Source: Myxococcales bacterium
Lineage (GTDB): Bacteria > Myxococcota > Myxococcia > Myxococcales > Anaeromyxobacteraceae
NCBI GenBank assembly: GCA_038320275.1
Contig: JBBQEB010000035.1
Location: forward strand, 1-26,988
Length of the DNA stretch: 26,988 bases
Reading direction: 5' to 3'
The stretch's first letter is position 1. Each line of letters starts with the position of its first letter. The notes beneath the pieces are model-generated. The model made no database searches, was not told the DNA's origin, and saw nothing but the letters and a program-made list of their open reading frames with translations. Shown here in pieces: positions 9,216 to 16,814 of the stretch. A program made the translations under genes and the position numbers.

Positions 9216-10340
9216 TCAACGGGTGGTGGCGGGGCCGTCCGCGCGCGGGAGGCGCAGCGCGAACCGAGCCCCGCCGGACGGCGATTCCTCCACCGCGATG
9301 CTGCCGCCGTGCTGCGTGACGATGGCGTGCACGATCGACAGCCCCAGGCCCGAGCCTTGTGCCTTGGTGGTGAAGAACGGCTCGAAGACGCGCTCGCGGG
9401 CCTCGGCCGGCACCCCTGGGCCGCTGTCGTCGACGAAGATGGCGACGTCCTCGGCGTCTCCCCGCTCGAGCTCGCAGGAGACCTGCACCGAGCCGCCCGG
9501 ACCGGCGGCGTCGAGAGCGTTCAGGGCGAGGTTCACCAGGACCTGCCGCAGCCGCTCCTCGTCCCCGCGAACCGGCGGCACCCGCGCCAGCGCCCGCACG
9601 AGGTGGACGTGGCGGCGCTCGGCCTCGCCCTCCAGGAAATCGAGCACCTTGGCGAGCACGTGGGGCACGTCGACGGGCCGTGCCACGTACTCGCGCGGCC
9701 GCGCGAACTGCAGGAAGTCCTCGAGGATGTGGTCGAGCCGGCGGATCTCGTCCCGCACGAGGCGGAGCGGCTCGAGCAGCGGCCCTCTCGCCTCCTGCGG
9801 GAGCTCGAGCGCCCGTCGCTCGAGGACCGCGAGCTGGAGGGCGGCGGCGTTGAGCGGATTGCGGATCTCGTGGGAGAGCCCGGCCGTCATGGTGCCCACG
9901 GCCGCGAGCTTCTCGGAGGTCTGGGCGCGGCGGGAGAGCTCGCGCTTCTCGCCGTGGAGCCTCACCTGGCGCATGGCCTGCTCCAGCGTGACGAGCAGGT
10001 CCTGGGTGGCGCAGGGCTTCACGAGGTAGGCGCAGGCGCCGGCCCGGACGGCCGCCACCGCCGACTCGAGGGTGGCGAAGCCGGTGAGGAGCACCACTTC
10101 CCCGTCGGGCGCGGCCTCCTTGAGCTCGCGCGCGAGCGTGGTGCCGTCGCCATCGGGCAGCCGGAGGTCGACCAGCGCGACGTCGAAGCCCTCGCGCGCT
10201 CCGGCGAGCGCGGCGGCGCAGGTGCCGAAGCCGCGCGCCGCGTAACCGGCCTCCTGCAGGATCTCCAGCAGGTTCTCCACGAGCGCCGCGTTGTCGTCAA
10301 CCACCAGGACGCGCGGCGGGTGCTGGGCCGGTGCGTTCAT
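9216..10340 (-). CDS. hybrid receiver-domain / histidine kinase, probable partner of the globin-coupled kinase
   Basis: Receiver ([23 protein letters not shown]) followed by H-box [37 protein letters not shown] overlap with the upstream kinase gene. Confidence 0.92.
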   Translation of the reverse strand: MNAPAQHPPRVLVVDDNAALVENLLEILQEAGYAARGFGTCAAALAGAREGFDVALVDLRLPDGDGTTLARELKEAAPDGEVVLLTGFATLESAVAAVRAGACAYLVKPCATQDLLVTLEQAMRQVRLHGEKRELSRRAQTSEKLAAVGTMTAGLSHEIRNPLNAAALQLAVLERRALELPQEARGPLLEPLRLVRDEIRRLDHILEDFLQFARPREYVARPVDVPHVLAKVLDFLEGEAERRHVHLVRALARVPPVRGDEERLRQVLVNLALNALDAAGPGGSVQVSCELERGDAEDVAIFVDDSGPGVPAEARERVFEPFFTTKAQGSGLGLSIVHAIVTQHGGSIAVEESPSGGARFALRLPRADGPATTR

Positions 10341-11518
10341 GCCGGGAGCGGAGAGGGAGAGGGGAGCCGGACGGCGAAGCGCGCGCCTCCGGCGGGAGCG
10401 CGCTCGTAAGCGACCGTGCCGCCGTGCCGCTCGACGAGCTTCTTCACCAGCGCGAGCCCGAGCCCTGTGCCGCGCTCCTTGGTGGTGATGAGCGGCTCGA
10501 AGAGGCGGCGCGCGATCTGGGGGTCCACGCCCGAGCCGCTGTCGTCCACGAGCACCGTCACGCCGCCCGCTTCGCGGGCGCCCTGCACGAAGACGCTGCC
10601 CTGGGGGCTCACCGCCTCCACCGCGTTGGTGACGAGGTTCACGAACACCTGGCGGAGCTGCACCGGATCGCCATCGACGAGGAGCCCCGCGAGCCCGTTC
10701 GCCGTGAAGGTCACCCCGCTCGGCCTGCGAACCACCTCGGCGACGTTCTCCAGCACCTGCTCCAGGCTGACGGCCTCCCGGACGAGCGGCCTGTCGCGCA
10801 CCATGTCGAGGAGGTTGTCGATGATCCCTGTGGCGACGCCCACCTGCTCGCCGATGCGGTCGATCTGGCGGACGGCCCGGCCGTCGGCGGAGTCGCCCAG
10901 CCTGGCGCGCAGCAGGTACACCGAGCTGTCGATGACGGCGAGCGGGTTGCGAAGGTCGTGCCCGATGGATGCGACGAGCTGCCCGAACGTCCTGAGCCGC
11001 TCGGTGCGCGCGTGCCGGGCGAGGAGGTCCTCCCGGTAGGTGTGCAGCATGATGGCGAGCTCGAGGTCGAGGATACGCCCCAGCGCGGAAGCCGCCGCAG
11101 CCGCCTCGGCGGGCCTCCCGGCGTAGGCATCGCCCGCGACCGCCTGCAGCTCGCCCCGGATCACGTTCATGGCGCCGAACATGTAGTGCTGCGGCAGATC
11201 GATGAGGACGTGGCGGCGCCCGATGCGGCAGCGCGCCTGGAAGTACGCCTCGTCCCAGGGGCCAGCGAGGAGCCGGTCCATCCAGGCCTGCAGCGTGGCC
11301 TTGAGATGTCCTACCTGACTCTCTCCGCCGGTGAGGGCTTGGCGGGCGAGAGGGTGGCGGAGGATGGCCTCGTAGAACACCTCGCTGACGCCTGCGAAGC
11401 GCGGCGCCGCTTGGGGGTGCAGGGCGCGAAGGGCGCTCTCGTCCGCGGCGCTCCAGCCTACGTATCGCTTCAGCTCGGCGAAGATCGACTCCTTCATGTC
11501 GGGAACGGAGGGCGTCAC
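10337..11518 (-). CDS. gchK: globin-coupled sensor histidine kinase (AfGcHK-like heme O2 sensor); alternative start ATG 11497
   Basis: [16 protein letters not shown] (B10 Tyr), [16 protein letters not shown] (proximal His), [11 protein letters not shown]-box GHDLRNPL and ATPase boxes; closely resembles Anaeromyxobacter AfGcHK as recalled. Confidence 0.9.
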   Translation of the reverse strand: MTPSVPDMKESIFAELKRYVGWSAADESALRALHPQAAPRFAGVSEVFYEAILRHPLARQALTGGESQVGHLKATLQAWMDRLLAGPWDEAYFQARCRIGRRHVLIDLPQHYMFGAMNVIRGELQAVAGDAYAGRPAEAAAAASALGRILDLELAIMLHTYREDLLARHARTERLRTFGQLVASIGHDLRNPLAVIDSSVYLLRARLGDSADGRAVRQIDRIGEQVGVATGIIDNLLDMVRDRPLVREAVSLEQVLENVAEVVRRPSGVTFTANGLAGLLVDGDPVQLRQVFVNLVTNAVEAVSPQGSVFVQGAREAGGVTVLVDDSGSGVDPQIARRLFEPLITTKERGTGLGLALVKKLVERHGGTVAYERAPAGGARFAVRLPSPSPLPA

Positions 11519-11520
11519 CC

Positions 11521-11994
11521 TCAAGCGCGGCTCTGCGCGGCGACGGCCTCTGCGACGAGGTCGAGGTCCTGGACCACGTCGGCGGCGAAGCGCACGAAGT
11601 CGGACTCCGTGATGATGCCGACCAACGTACCGTCCGCCTCGCACACGGGAAGGCACCCGTACTTGTTCGCGAGCATGATGCGGGCGGCGTGCACGAGCGA
11701 GGTGCTGGCGAGGACGGACGCGGGCTGCGGAGTCATGGCCTCGACCGCCGGCGTCGACTTGGGAGCGTGTTCCGCCGCCGAGCGGAGCAGCTCGCGGTGC
11801 GTGAGCAGGCCCACGAGCTTCTGGTCTCGCACCACGGGCAGGTGGCTGATGGCGTTGAGGCGAAGGATGCTCTCCGCGAGCGCGAGGTCGTCCGTCTCGA
11901 GCACCGTGACGAGGTCGCGCGTCATGAAGTCAGCGACGCTGATCGCGCGGACCGCGCCGGGCTGAACCGGCTGGAGCTCGTTGGGCTTCTGCAT
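11521..11994 (-). CDS. CBS-pair domain protein, first gene of the CBS-gchK-hybrid kinase operon
   Basis: [51 protein letters not shown] 6 nt upstream of the ATG. Confidence 0.9.
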   Translation of the reverse strand: MQKPNELQPVQPGAVRAISVADFMTRDLVTVLETDDLALAESILRLNAISHLPVVRDQKLVGLLTHRELLRSAAEHAPKSTPAVEAMTPQPASVLASTSLVHAARIMLANKYGCLPVCEADGTLVGIITESDFVRFAADVVQDLDLVAEAVAAQSRA

Positions 11995-12099
11995 GCGTGC
12001 ACCTCGCGCGCGGAGTGGAGGCGGAGCATCGGCCGCCGGGGAGAAGCAGATGCTGCCACAGTTCCCCCGGGGGGCGCGAGGGAGGGGGGACCCGGCGGG

Positions 12100-12163
12100 G
12101 GTTGCGGCCGGGGTCGGAGGTCGGAGTCGCGGCCGGGTCGAGGTCGAGGTCGGAGGTCGGGGT
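12100..12163 (+). repeat. degenerate (GGTCGN)n hexamer tract 1, upstream of the HNH remnant
   Basis: GGGTCGGAGGTCGGAGTCGC...GGTCGAGGTCGAGGTCGGAGGTCGGGGT read directly. Confidence 0.8.
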
Positions 12164-12225
12164 GATTGGTGGTCGGAACTGCCTACGAACCAATCACGCG
12201 CAATGGCAGTATGTCGTGTGATGCT
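12162..12225 (+). promoter_or_regulatory. conserved leader of the HNH element, copy 1: GTGATTGGT/ACCAATCAC inverted repeat plus promoter-like block
   Basis: GATTGG 12164-12169 and CCAATC 12190-12195 (20-nt spacer); the next 30 nt match 15553-15582 at 26 of 30 positions. Confidence 0.6.
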
Positions 12226-12231
12226 TCAATA

Positions 12232-12583
12232 TTCTTTCACGCCTCCAGCCGCGAGCCGAAGGACATCGTCGCCGCGATCCTACCGGCGAAGGTGGTTCCG
12301 AAGCGCGACCTCGTCACGCGCATCGATAAGCCGTCGCCCGAACGGGAGCAGGTTCGGGCGGAACTCGAACTGTCTGCTGCGTCGGTTCAAGCGCCTGAAC
12401 CAACTCTGACGGAAAGCCCCGTGAAGGCGCCGTTCGCCCGGCTCGCCGCCTGTCGCGCCGGTGCTGGAGCCCATCCCCCTGCGCGCCGGGCCTCACGCGC
12501 AGTGCGTGGCTTCTGCGGCGACGATGAAGCCGCTCACCGCCGACCTGCGCCGGCTGCGTGTCACGGCGTCCCGCCGCTTCCTG
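12232..12583 (+). pseudogene. internal fragment of the HNH endonuclease gene (homologous to 15917-16267)
   Basis: Encodes FFHASSREPKDIVAAI...VQAPEP; a +1 frameshift near 12437-12440, then MKPLTADLRRLRVTASRRFL. About 330 bp of 5' coding sequence is deleted and the HNH domain is absent. Confidence 0.9.
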
Positions 12584-12655
12584 AACCAGGGACTCCCTGC
12601 GATCGCTCAATCCCAGGTGTGAAGTACCCTGGAAGAGTGTGGAGAGGAGAACACG

Positions 12656-13000
12656 ATGAACAACGAGCAGGTGGCACCCGAGGCGAAAGGTGTTGCAGTG
12701 AAGTTACTTACAACCATGGACCTTGGCCCTGAGATCGAGGGCATGGCAGGGCGCCAACTGCGAATGCGAATGGTGACCATCGAGCCTGGAGGCGTCTTCG
12801 GCCCGATTCACGGCCATAAAGACAGGCCAGGCACCGTCTACATCCTGCAAGGGACGATCACGGACCATCGAGATGGGGTCGCTACGGACTACGGGGTGGG
12901 ATTGGGCTGGCCCGAGGATAGGAACACCACACACTGGCTCGAGAACCGAGGAACGATCCCGGCGGTGGAGATCTCGATCGATATCGTCAGGCAAGAGTGA
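12656..13000 (+). CDS. cupin domain protein
   Basis: LRMRMVTIEPGG...HGHKDRPGTVYILQG...HWLENRG cupin motifs; strong GAGAGGAGA ribosome-binding site; visibly lower GC than its neighbours. Confidence 0.88.
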   Translation: MNNEQVAPEAKGVAVKLLTTMDLGPEIEGMAGRQLRMRMVTIEPGGVFGPIHGHKDRPGTVYILQGTITDHRDGVATDYGVGLGWPEDRNTTHWLENRGTIPAVEISIDIVRQE

Positions 13001-13184
13001 GCAGCCGCCTTCCGGCGACGATGGACGGCCCAGCCGAGCCCCGCGACCTCATCGCGCGGGCATACGACGGCGCACCTGGCACAGCGGGGAAAGCGGGGCA
13101 CGAGACCGCAACGCGCGTGGATGGAGCCGCACCTGTCACGCAGCGGCTCACCGCACCCGCCGCGACTCGCGTACCCTGGCCAAC

Positions 13185-13658
13185 GTGAAGATCCTCGTGG
13201 ACGCCGACGCCTGCCCCGCCGCCGTGAAGGACATCGTCGTCCGCGCAGCGGAGCGCCTCGGCGTGCGCGCAATCTTCGTCGCAAACAAGCGCATCCGGTT
13301 GCCGCCTTCCCCGCACGTCTCCTCCGTTCAGGTGGCGATGGGACTCGATGTGGCCGACGGGTACATCGCCGGTGCGGCCGAAGTTGGAGACCTCGCCATC
13401 ACGGCCGACATCCCGCTCGCTGCCGCGGCGGTTGCCCGGGGCGCGGTGGTGCTCGACCTGCGCGGCACTGTCTACACCGACGAAAACGTGGGCGAGGCGC
13501 TCGCGCTGCGGAACTTCCACCAGGAGCTGCGCGAGGGCGGCGTGGTGACCGGCGGACCGGGCGGGTTTGGACCGAAGCAGGCCCGACACTTCGCAGGCAC
13601 CCTCGATCGGGAGCTCTCGAAGAGGCTGCGCGGCGGTCCCGGCGTCGGGCAGCGCTGA
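13185..13658 (+). CDS. yaiI: YaiI/YqxD (DUF188) family protein
   Basis: KILVDADACP, FVANK, DVADGYI, ITADIPLAA, GGPGGF; GTG start at 13185. Confidence 0.9.
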   Translation: MKILVDADACPAAVKDIVVRAAERLGVRAIFVANKRIRLPPSPHVSSVQVAMGLDVADGYIAGAAEVGDLAITADIPLAAAAVARGAVVLDLRGTVYTDENVGEALALRNFHQELREGGVVTGGPGGFGPKQARHFAGTLDRELSKRLRGGPGVGQR

Positions 13659-13759
13659 GGACCGGGAAGCGCCGCGCGACGCCGCGCCGAGACGACTCTC
13701 GGCCAGGCTCGCCGTCCCTTTCGCCAGCCCCGCTCCGGCTTCCGCTCTAGGACTCACGC

Positions 13760-14134
13760 ATGGAGCGGGTGCTCGACGAGAACACGCTGCGCACGGCCGT
13801 GTTCCTCCTCGTCCGCCTGGTCGAGGCCGGCGGGGCCATCGTCATCTTCGCCGGCGCGGCCATTGGCTTTGTTCGCTTCGTGCTCGCCGCCGTGCGCACC
13901 CGGCGCGCGCAGGAGTTCACGCCGGTTCGCCTCGACGTCGGCAGGTTCCTCGCGCTGGGCCTCGAGTTCCAGCTCGCGTCCGACCTCCTGCGCACGGCGG
14001 TCGCGCCGAGCTTCCAGGAGATCGGCAAGCTCGCGGCGGTGGCTGCCATCCGGACGGCGCTCAACTTCTTCCTCAGCCGCGAGATCCGCGACGAGCGCGC
14101 GGAGCTGGCCCGGACCGACGGCTCTCCGCCGTGA
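13760..14134 (+). CDS. DUF1622 family membrane protein
   Basis: RLDVGRFLALGLEFQLASDLLRTAVAPSFQEIGKLAAVAAIRTALNFFLSREI signature; AGGA ribosome-binding site. Confidence 0.88.
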   Translation: MERVLDENTLRTAVFLLVRLVEAGGAIVIFAGAAIGFVRFVLAAVRTRRAQEFTPVRLDVGRFLALGLEFQLASDLLRTAVAPSFQEIGKLAAVAAIRTALNFFLSREIRDERAELARTDGSPP

Positions 14135-14379
14135 CCGTACTCCTGGCCGCCGCCGTGCTGGTGTCCGCCCTCGGGCTGCTCGCCGGGGTCGTGGGCGCCG
14201 TCGCGACGGGAACTGCACGCGGCGGCCTGCCCATCATGCTCGACCTGTGGACCGCGGCGGGCCTGCTTCGCCTGGCCTCCTCTCCGGGCTGGAGCTCCAT
14301 CGGGGCAGCGGGGGCGCTCGTCCTCGTGCGCAGGCTCGTGTTGCTCAGCCTGGGGAGCCGCCCACCTCAGCGCGCCTGA
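14131..14379 (+). CDS. small hydrophobic protein, divergent DUF1622-like
   Basis: GTG overlaps the upstream TGA. 82 aa, hydrophobic; LDLWTAAGLLRL...W..IGAAGALVLVR parallels LEFQLASDLLRT...F..IGKLAAVAAIR in the upstream protein. Confidence 0.65.
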   Translation: MTVLLAAAVLVSALGLLAGVVGAVATGTARGGLPIMLDLWTAAGLLRLASSPGWSSIGAAGALVLVRRLVLLSLGSRPPQRA

Positions 14380-14416
14380 TGGCTCAGCAATTGGGTCTTC
14401 GCGCCTGTGGCGCGGC

Positions 14417-14545
14417 GGTCGGCGTACGGGTCGTGGTCGAAGGTCGCGATCGCGGTCGCGGTCGTGGTCGTGGTTGGGGTCGTGGTCGTGGTTGGGGTCG
14501 ATGGTTGGGGTCGCGGTCGCGGTTGTGGTCGCGGGTCGCGGTCGA
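14417..14545 (+). repeat. (GGTCGN/GGTTGG)n hexamer tract 2, with no adjacent HNH gene
   Basis: About 20 imperfect units GGTCGT/GGTCGC/GGTTGG, with GGTCGAAGG near both ends. Confidence 0.9.
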
Positions 14546-14582
14546 AGGGCTGCCCCCTTGCTCCCCTGGGCGGCGGTGCCCC

Positions 14583-14591
14583 TGTTAGACT
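14583..14591 (+). promoter_or_regulatory. extended -10 element TGnTAGACT for a putative leaderless transcript
   Basis: TGTTAGACT lies 7 nt upstream of ATG 14599; no Shine-Dalgarno sequence. Confidence 0.5.
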
Positions 14592-14598
14592 CCCCTCC

Positions 14599-15285
14599 AT
14601 GGAAAGCCATGCATCAGCTGGGCGGGGCCGTGATCTCGCCGTCCTCACGCTGGAGATCGCCGAGGCGGGCGGGGGCTTCAAGAGAGTGTCCTCGGTGCTT
14701 TGCCCGAAGCAGGGCGTCAAGGCGGTGGACGCGTGCCTGCCGTGCGAGGACAGCTTGGGCGAGCACGGCATGCCCAACGAGGAGCTTCACTACGTGGGGT
14801 GCGTGGGGCAGGGCGCGCCCGTGCTGGGCCTCGGTGGCGCGCAGGCGCCGGGCTCGAGCGCGGATCGGACGCCCATCTCCTCGGTCATGACCCGCACGGT
14901 GCTGGCGCTGCGAGCCGACGTGCCCCTGGAGCGCGCGCGGGCCCTCCTCGTGGAGCGCGAGCTCGACAGCGCCCCGGTGGTGGACGCGGACGGGAAGCCG
15001 CTCGGGGCGATCAGCTCGGCGCAGCTGCTGGAGGCCGGTGCCGCGGCGCTCACCGCCGGGAAACGGGTGGGGGATGTCATGAGCCGCGTCACCATCGCGG
15101 TCCCCGAGCTCACCTCCGTGGCCGAGACGGCCGCGCTGCTCGCGCACGAAAACGCGGACACCGCGGCGGTGCTGGCGAAGGACGGGCACGTGGTGGGGGC
15201 GGTGTCGGCGCTCGACATCGTCCGCTGGCTCACCCAGCAGGACGGCCTGCTGCTGCCGTCGGCGCGGAGCCTGCAAGCGCGGTAG
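14599..15285 (+). CDS. CBS-pair protein with Cys-rich N-terminal domain
   Basis: CPKQ...CLPC...C cluster, then TPISSVMTR, SAPVVDADGKPLGAIS, VGDVMSR, VVGAVSALDIVRW. The ORF-track extension from 14407 is translated repeat. Confidence 0.82.
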   Translation: MESHASAGRGRDLAVLTLEIAEAGGGFKRVSSVLCPKQGVKAVDACLPCEDSLGEHGMPNEELHYVGCVGQGAPVLGLGGAQAPGSSADRTPISSVMTRTVLALRADVPLERARALLVERELDSAPVVDADGKPLGAISSAQLLEAGAAALTAGKRVGDVMSRVTIAVPELTSVAETAALLAHENADTAAVLAKDGHVVGAVSALDIVRWLTQQDGLLLPSARSLQAR

Positions 15286-15290
15286 GGCGG

Positions 15291-15521
15291 GGTCGCTCGA
15301 GCTCGCGGTATCGCGGTCGCGGTCGGGTTCGAGGTCGGGTTCGAGGTCGCGGTCGGGTTCGGGTTCGGGTTCGAGGTCGGGGTCGCGGTCGGGGTCGCGG
15401 TCGCGGTCGAGGTCGGGGGTCGAAGGTCGCGGTCGGGGTCGGGGTCGGGGTCGCGGTCGGGGTCGCGGTCGCGGGTCGAGTTTGAGCTCGAGGGTCGAAG
15501 TCGGGGTCGCGGTCGTGGTCG
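15291..15521 (+). repeat. (GGTCGN/GTTCGN)n hexamer tract 3, left flank of the HNH gene
   Basis: Roughly 35 imperfect units, beginning just after the CBS stop and running into GATTGG. Confidence 0.95.
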
Positions 15522-15582
15522 ATTGGCATCGAGGCTTCCTCAGAACCCAATCAAGCGCAATGTCAGTATGGCGTGAGATGCT
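15521..15582 (+). promoter_or_regulatory. conserved leader of the HNH element, copy 2: GATTGG-N20-CCAATC plus TGTCAG-N10-GATGCT
   Basis: Inverted repeat arms at 15521-15526 and 15547-15552; the -10-like GATGCT ends 7 nt before ATG 15590; no Shine-Dalgarno sequence; conserved in copy 1. Confidence 0.6.
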
Positions 15583-15589
15583 GCGATGC

Positions 15590-16783
15590 ATGAACGACGC
15601 ACGCTCGCTCTCCCTGCACCTCGCCTCGCTGCTTCGCCGTGAGCACGAAGGGATGGTGGAGTTCCTCCTCGCGCTCTCCGCGTTCGATGCGCGCCGATGC
15701 TGGGTAGAGCTGGGCTATACGAGCCTCTTCTACTTCCTCCATCGAGGGCTCGGCCTGTCGAAGGGCGCGGCATTCTATCGCGCGCAGGCGGCGGAGCTCG
15801 TGAGGAGCCATCCGGAGATCCTCGAGCCATTGCGCGAGGGTCGCCTGTGCATCACGAGCCTGGCGGAGCTGGCGAAGGTGATCACGCCCGCGAACCAGGA
15901 CGAGATCATCCCCCGCTTCTTCCACGCATCCAGCCGCGAGGCCAAGGACATCGTCGCCGCGATCCGACCGGCGGAGGTGGTTCCGAAGCGCGGCCTCGTC
16001 ACGCGCATCGACACGCGGGGTCTCGTACGGGAGCAGGTCGGGGCGGAGCTCGAACCGTCTGCTGCGTCGGTTCAAGCGCTTGAACCGACCGTGCCGGAAA
16101 GCCCGCTCCAGGCGGTGTTCGTCAGCTCGCCGCCGGTCGCGCCGGTGCAGGAGCCCATGCGCTTGCCCGCCGAGCCTCAAGCACCGGGCGTGGCTCCTGA
16201 GGCGACGATGGAGCCGCTCACCGCCGACCTGCGCCGGCTGCACGTCACGGTGTCCCGCCGGTTCCTGGAGAAGCTCGCCGAGGCGCGCGACGCGCTTTCG
16301 CACGCCGAGGCGGGCGGGAGCACCGAGGCCGTCCTCGAGCGGGCGCTCGATGCGCTCCTCGCGGGTTACGCGAAGCGCAGGAAGGCACTCGTCGTGCGGC
16401 CCCGGACCGGACCGCGCCCCCCTTCCCGGACGCAGCCGCCGGCGCAGTCACCTCAGCAGGGCAAGTCGGACGAAGACGGGCGAGAGGAACTGTCGAATCC
16501 GCAAACGTGCCAGCCTCGCTCCTCGCGCCACGTCTCGGCGGCGGTCGAGCGTGCGGTGTGGATTCGAGACTTGGGGCGTTGCCAGTGGCCCGTCTCCGGC
16601 GATGGCCGGTGCGACTCCAGCCGCTTCCTCCAACTGGATCACGTTCTCCCGGTGGCTCGCGGAGGCCCTTCAACGCTCGAGAACCTCCGGCTCCTCTGCG
16701 GATTTCACAACAGGCTCGCAGCCCGCGAGGTCTTCGGAGAAGCGTGGATGGACCGGCGAATCGCGGAGGGCCGCTCAGGGTAA
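15590..16783 (+). CDS. HNH endonuclease with DUF222-like N-terminal helical region
   Basis: N-terminal LGYTSLFYFLHRGLGLSKGAAFYR; C-terminal RHVSAAVERAVWIRDLGRCQW...C...LQLDHVLPVARGGPSTLENLRLLCGFHN with catalytic H/N and Zn ligands intact. The DUF222-like call is from pattern recall. Confidence 0.9.
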   Translation: MNDARSLSLHLASLLRREHEGMVEFLLALSAFDARRCWVELGYTSLFYFLHRGLGLSKGAAFYRAQAAELVRSHPEILEPLREGRLCITSLAELAKVITPANQDEIIPRFFHASSREAKDIVAAIRPAEVVPKRGLVTRIDTRGLVREQVGAELEPSAASVQALEPTVPESPLQAVFVSSPPVAPVQEPMRLPAEPQAPGVAPEATMEPLTADLRRLHVTVSRRFLEKLAEARDALSHAEAGGSTEAVLERALDALLAGYAKRRKALVVRPRTGPRPPSRTQPPAQSPQQGKSDEDGREELSNPQTCQPRSSRHVSAAVERAVWIRDLGRCQWPVSGDGRCDSSRFLQLDHVLPVARGGPSTLENLRLLCGFHNRLAAREVFGEAWMDRRIAEGRSG

Positions 16784-16814
16784 CGCACCGGAAGCTGCGG
16801 ATGGATGGGGGCGC

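Noticed and set aside
9210..9219. TTGATCTCAA near-palindrome resembling an FNR site
   Set aside because: Produced by two convergent TGA stop codons; wrong spacing and not in a promoter region.
919..11965. Very long alternative-frame ORFs (919..3411, 3167..6538, 3331..5274, 7750..9219, 9210..10409, 10331..11965)
   Set aside because: Shadow frames of real high-GC genes; Arg/Pro/Gly-rich with no domain motifs.
12044..12060. Sigma-54-like TGGCAGCATCTGCT upstream of the CBS operon (minus strand)
   Set aside because: GG-N8-GC spacing is incompatible with the -24/-12 geometry.
12166..12732. 188-aa ORF spanning the HNH remnant as a functional gene
   Set aside because: It is a chimera of leader DNA, a gene fragment and post-frameshift sequence, and it overlaps the cupin gene.
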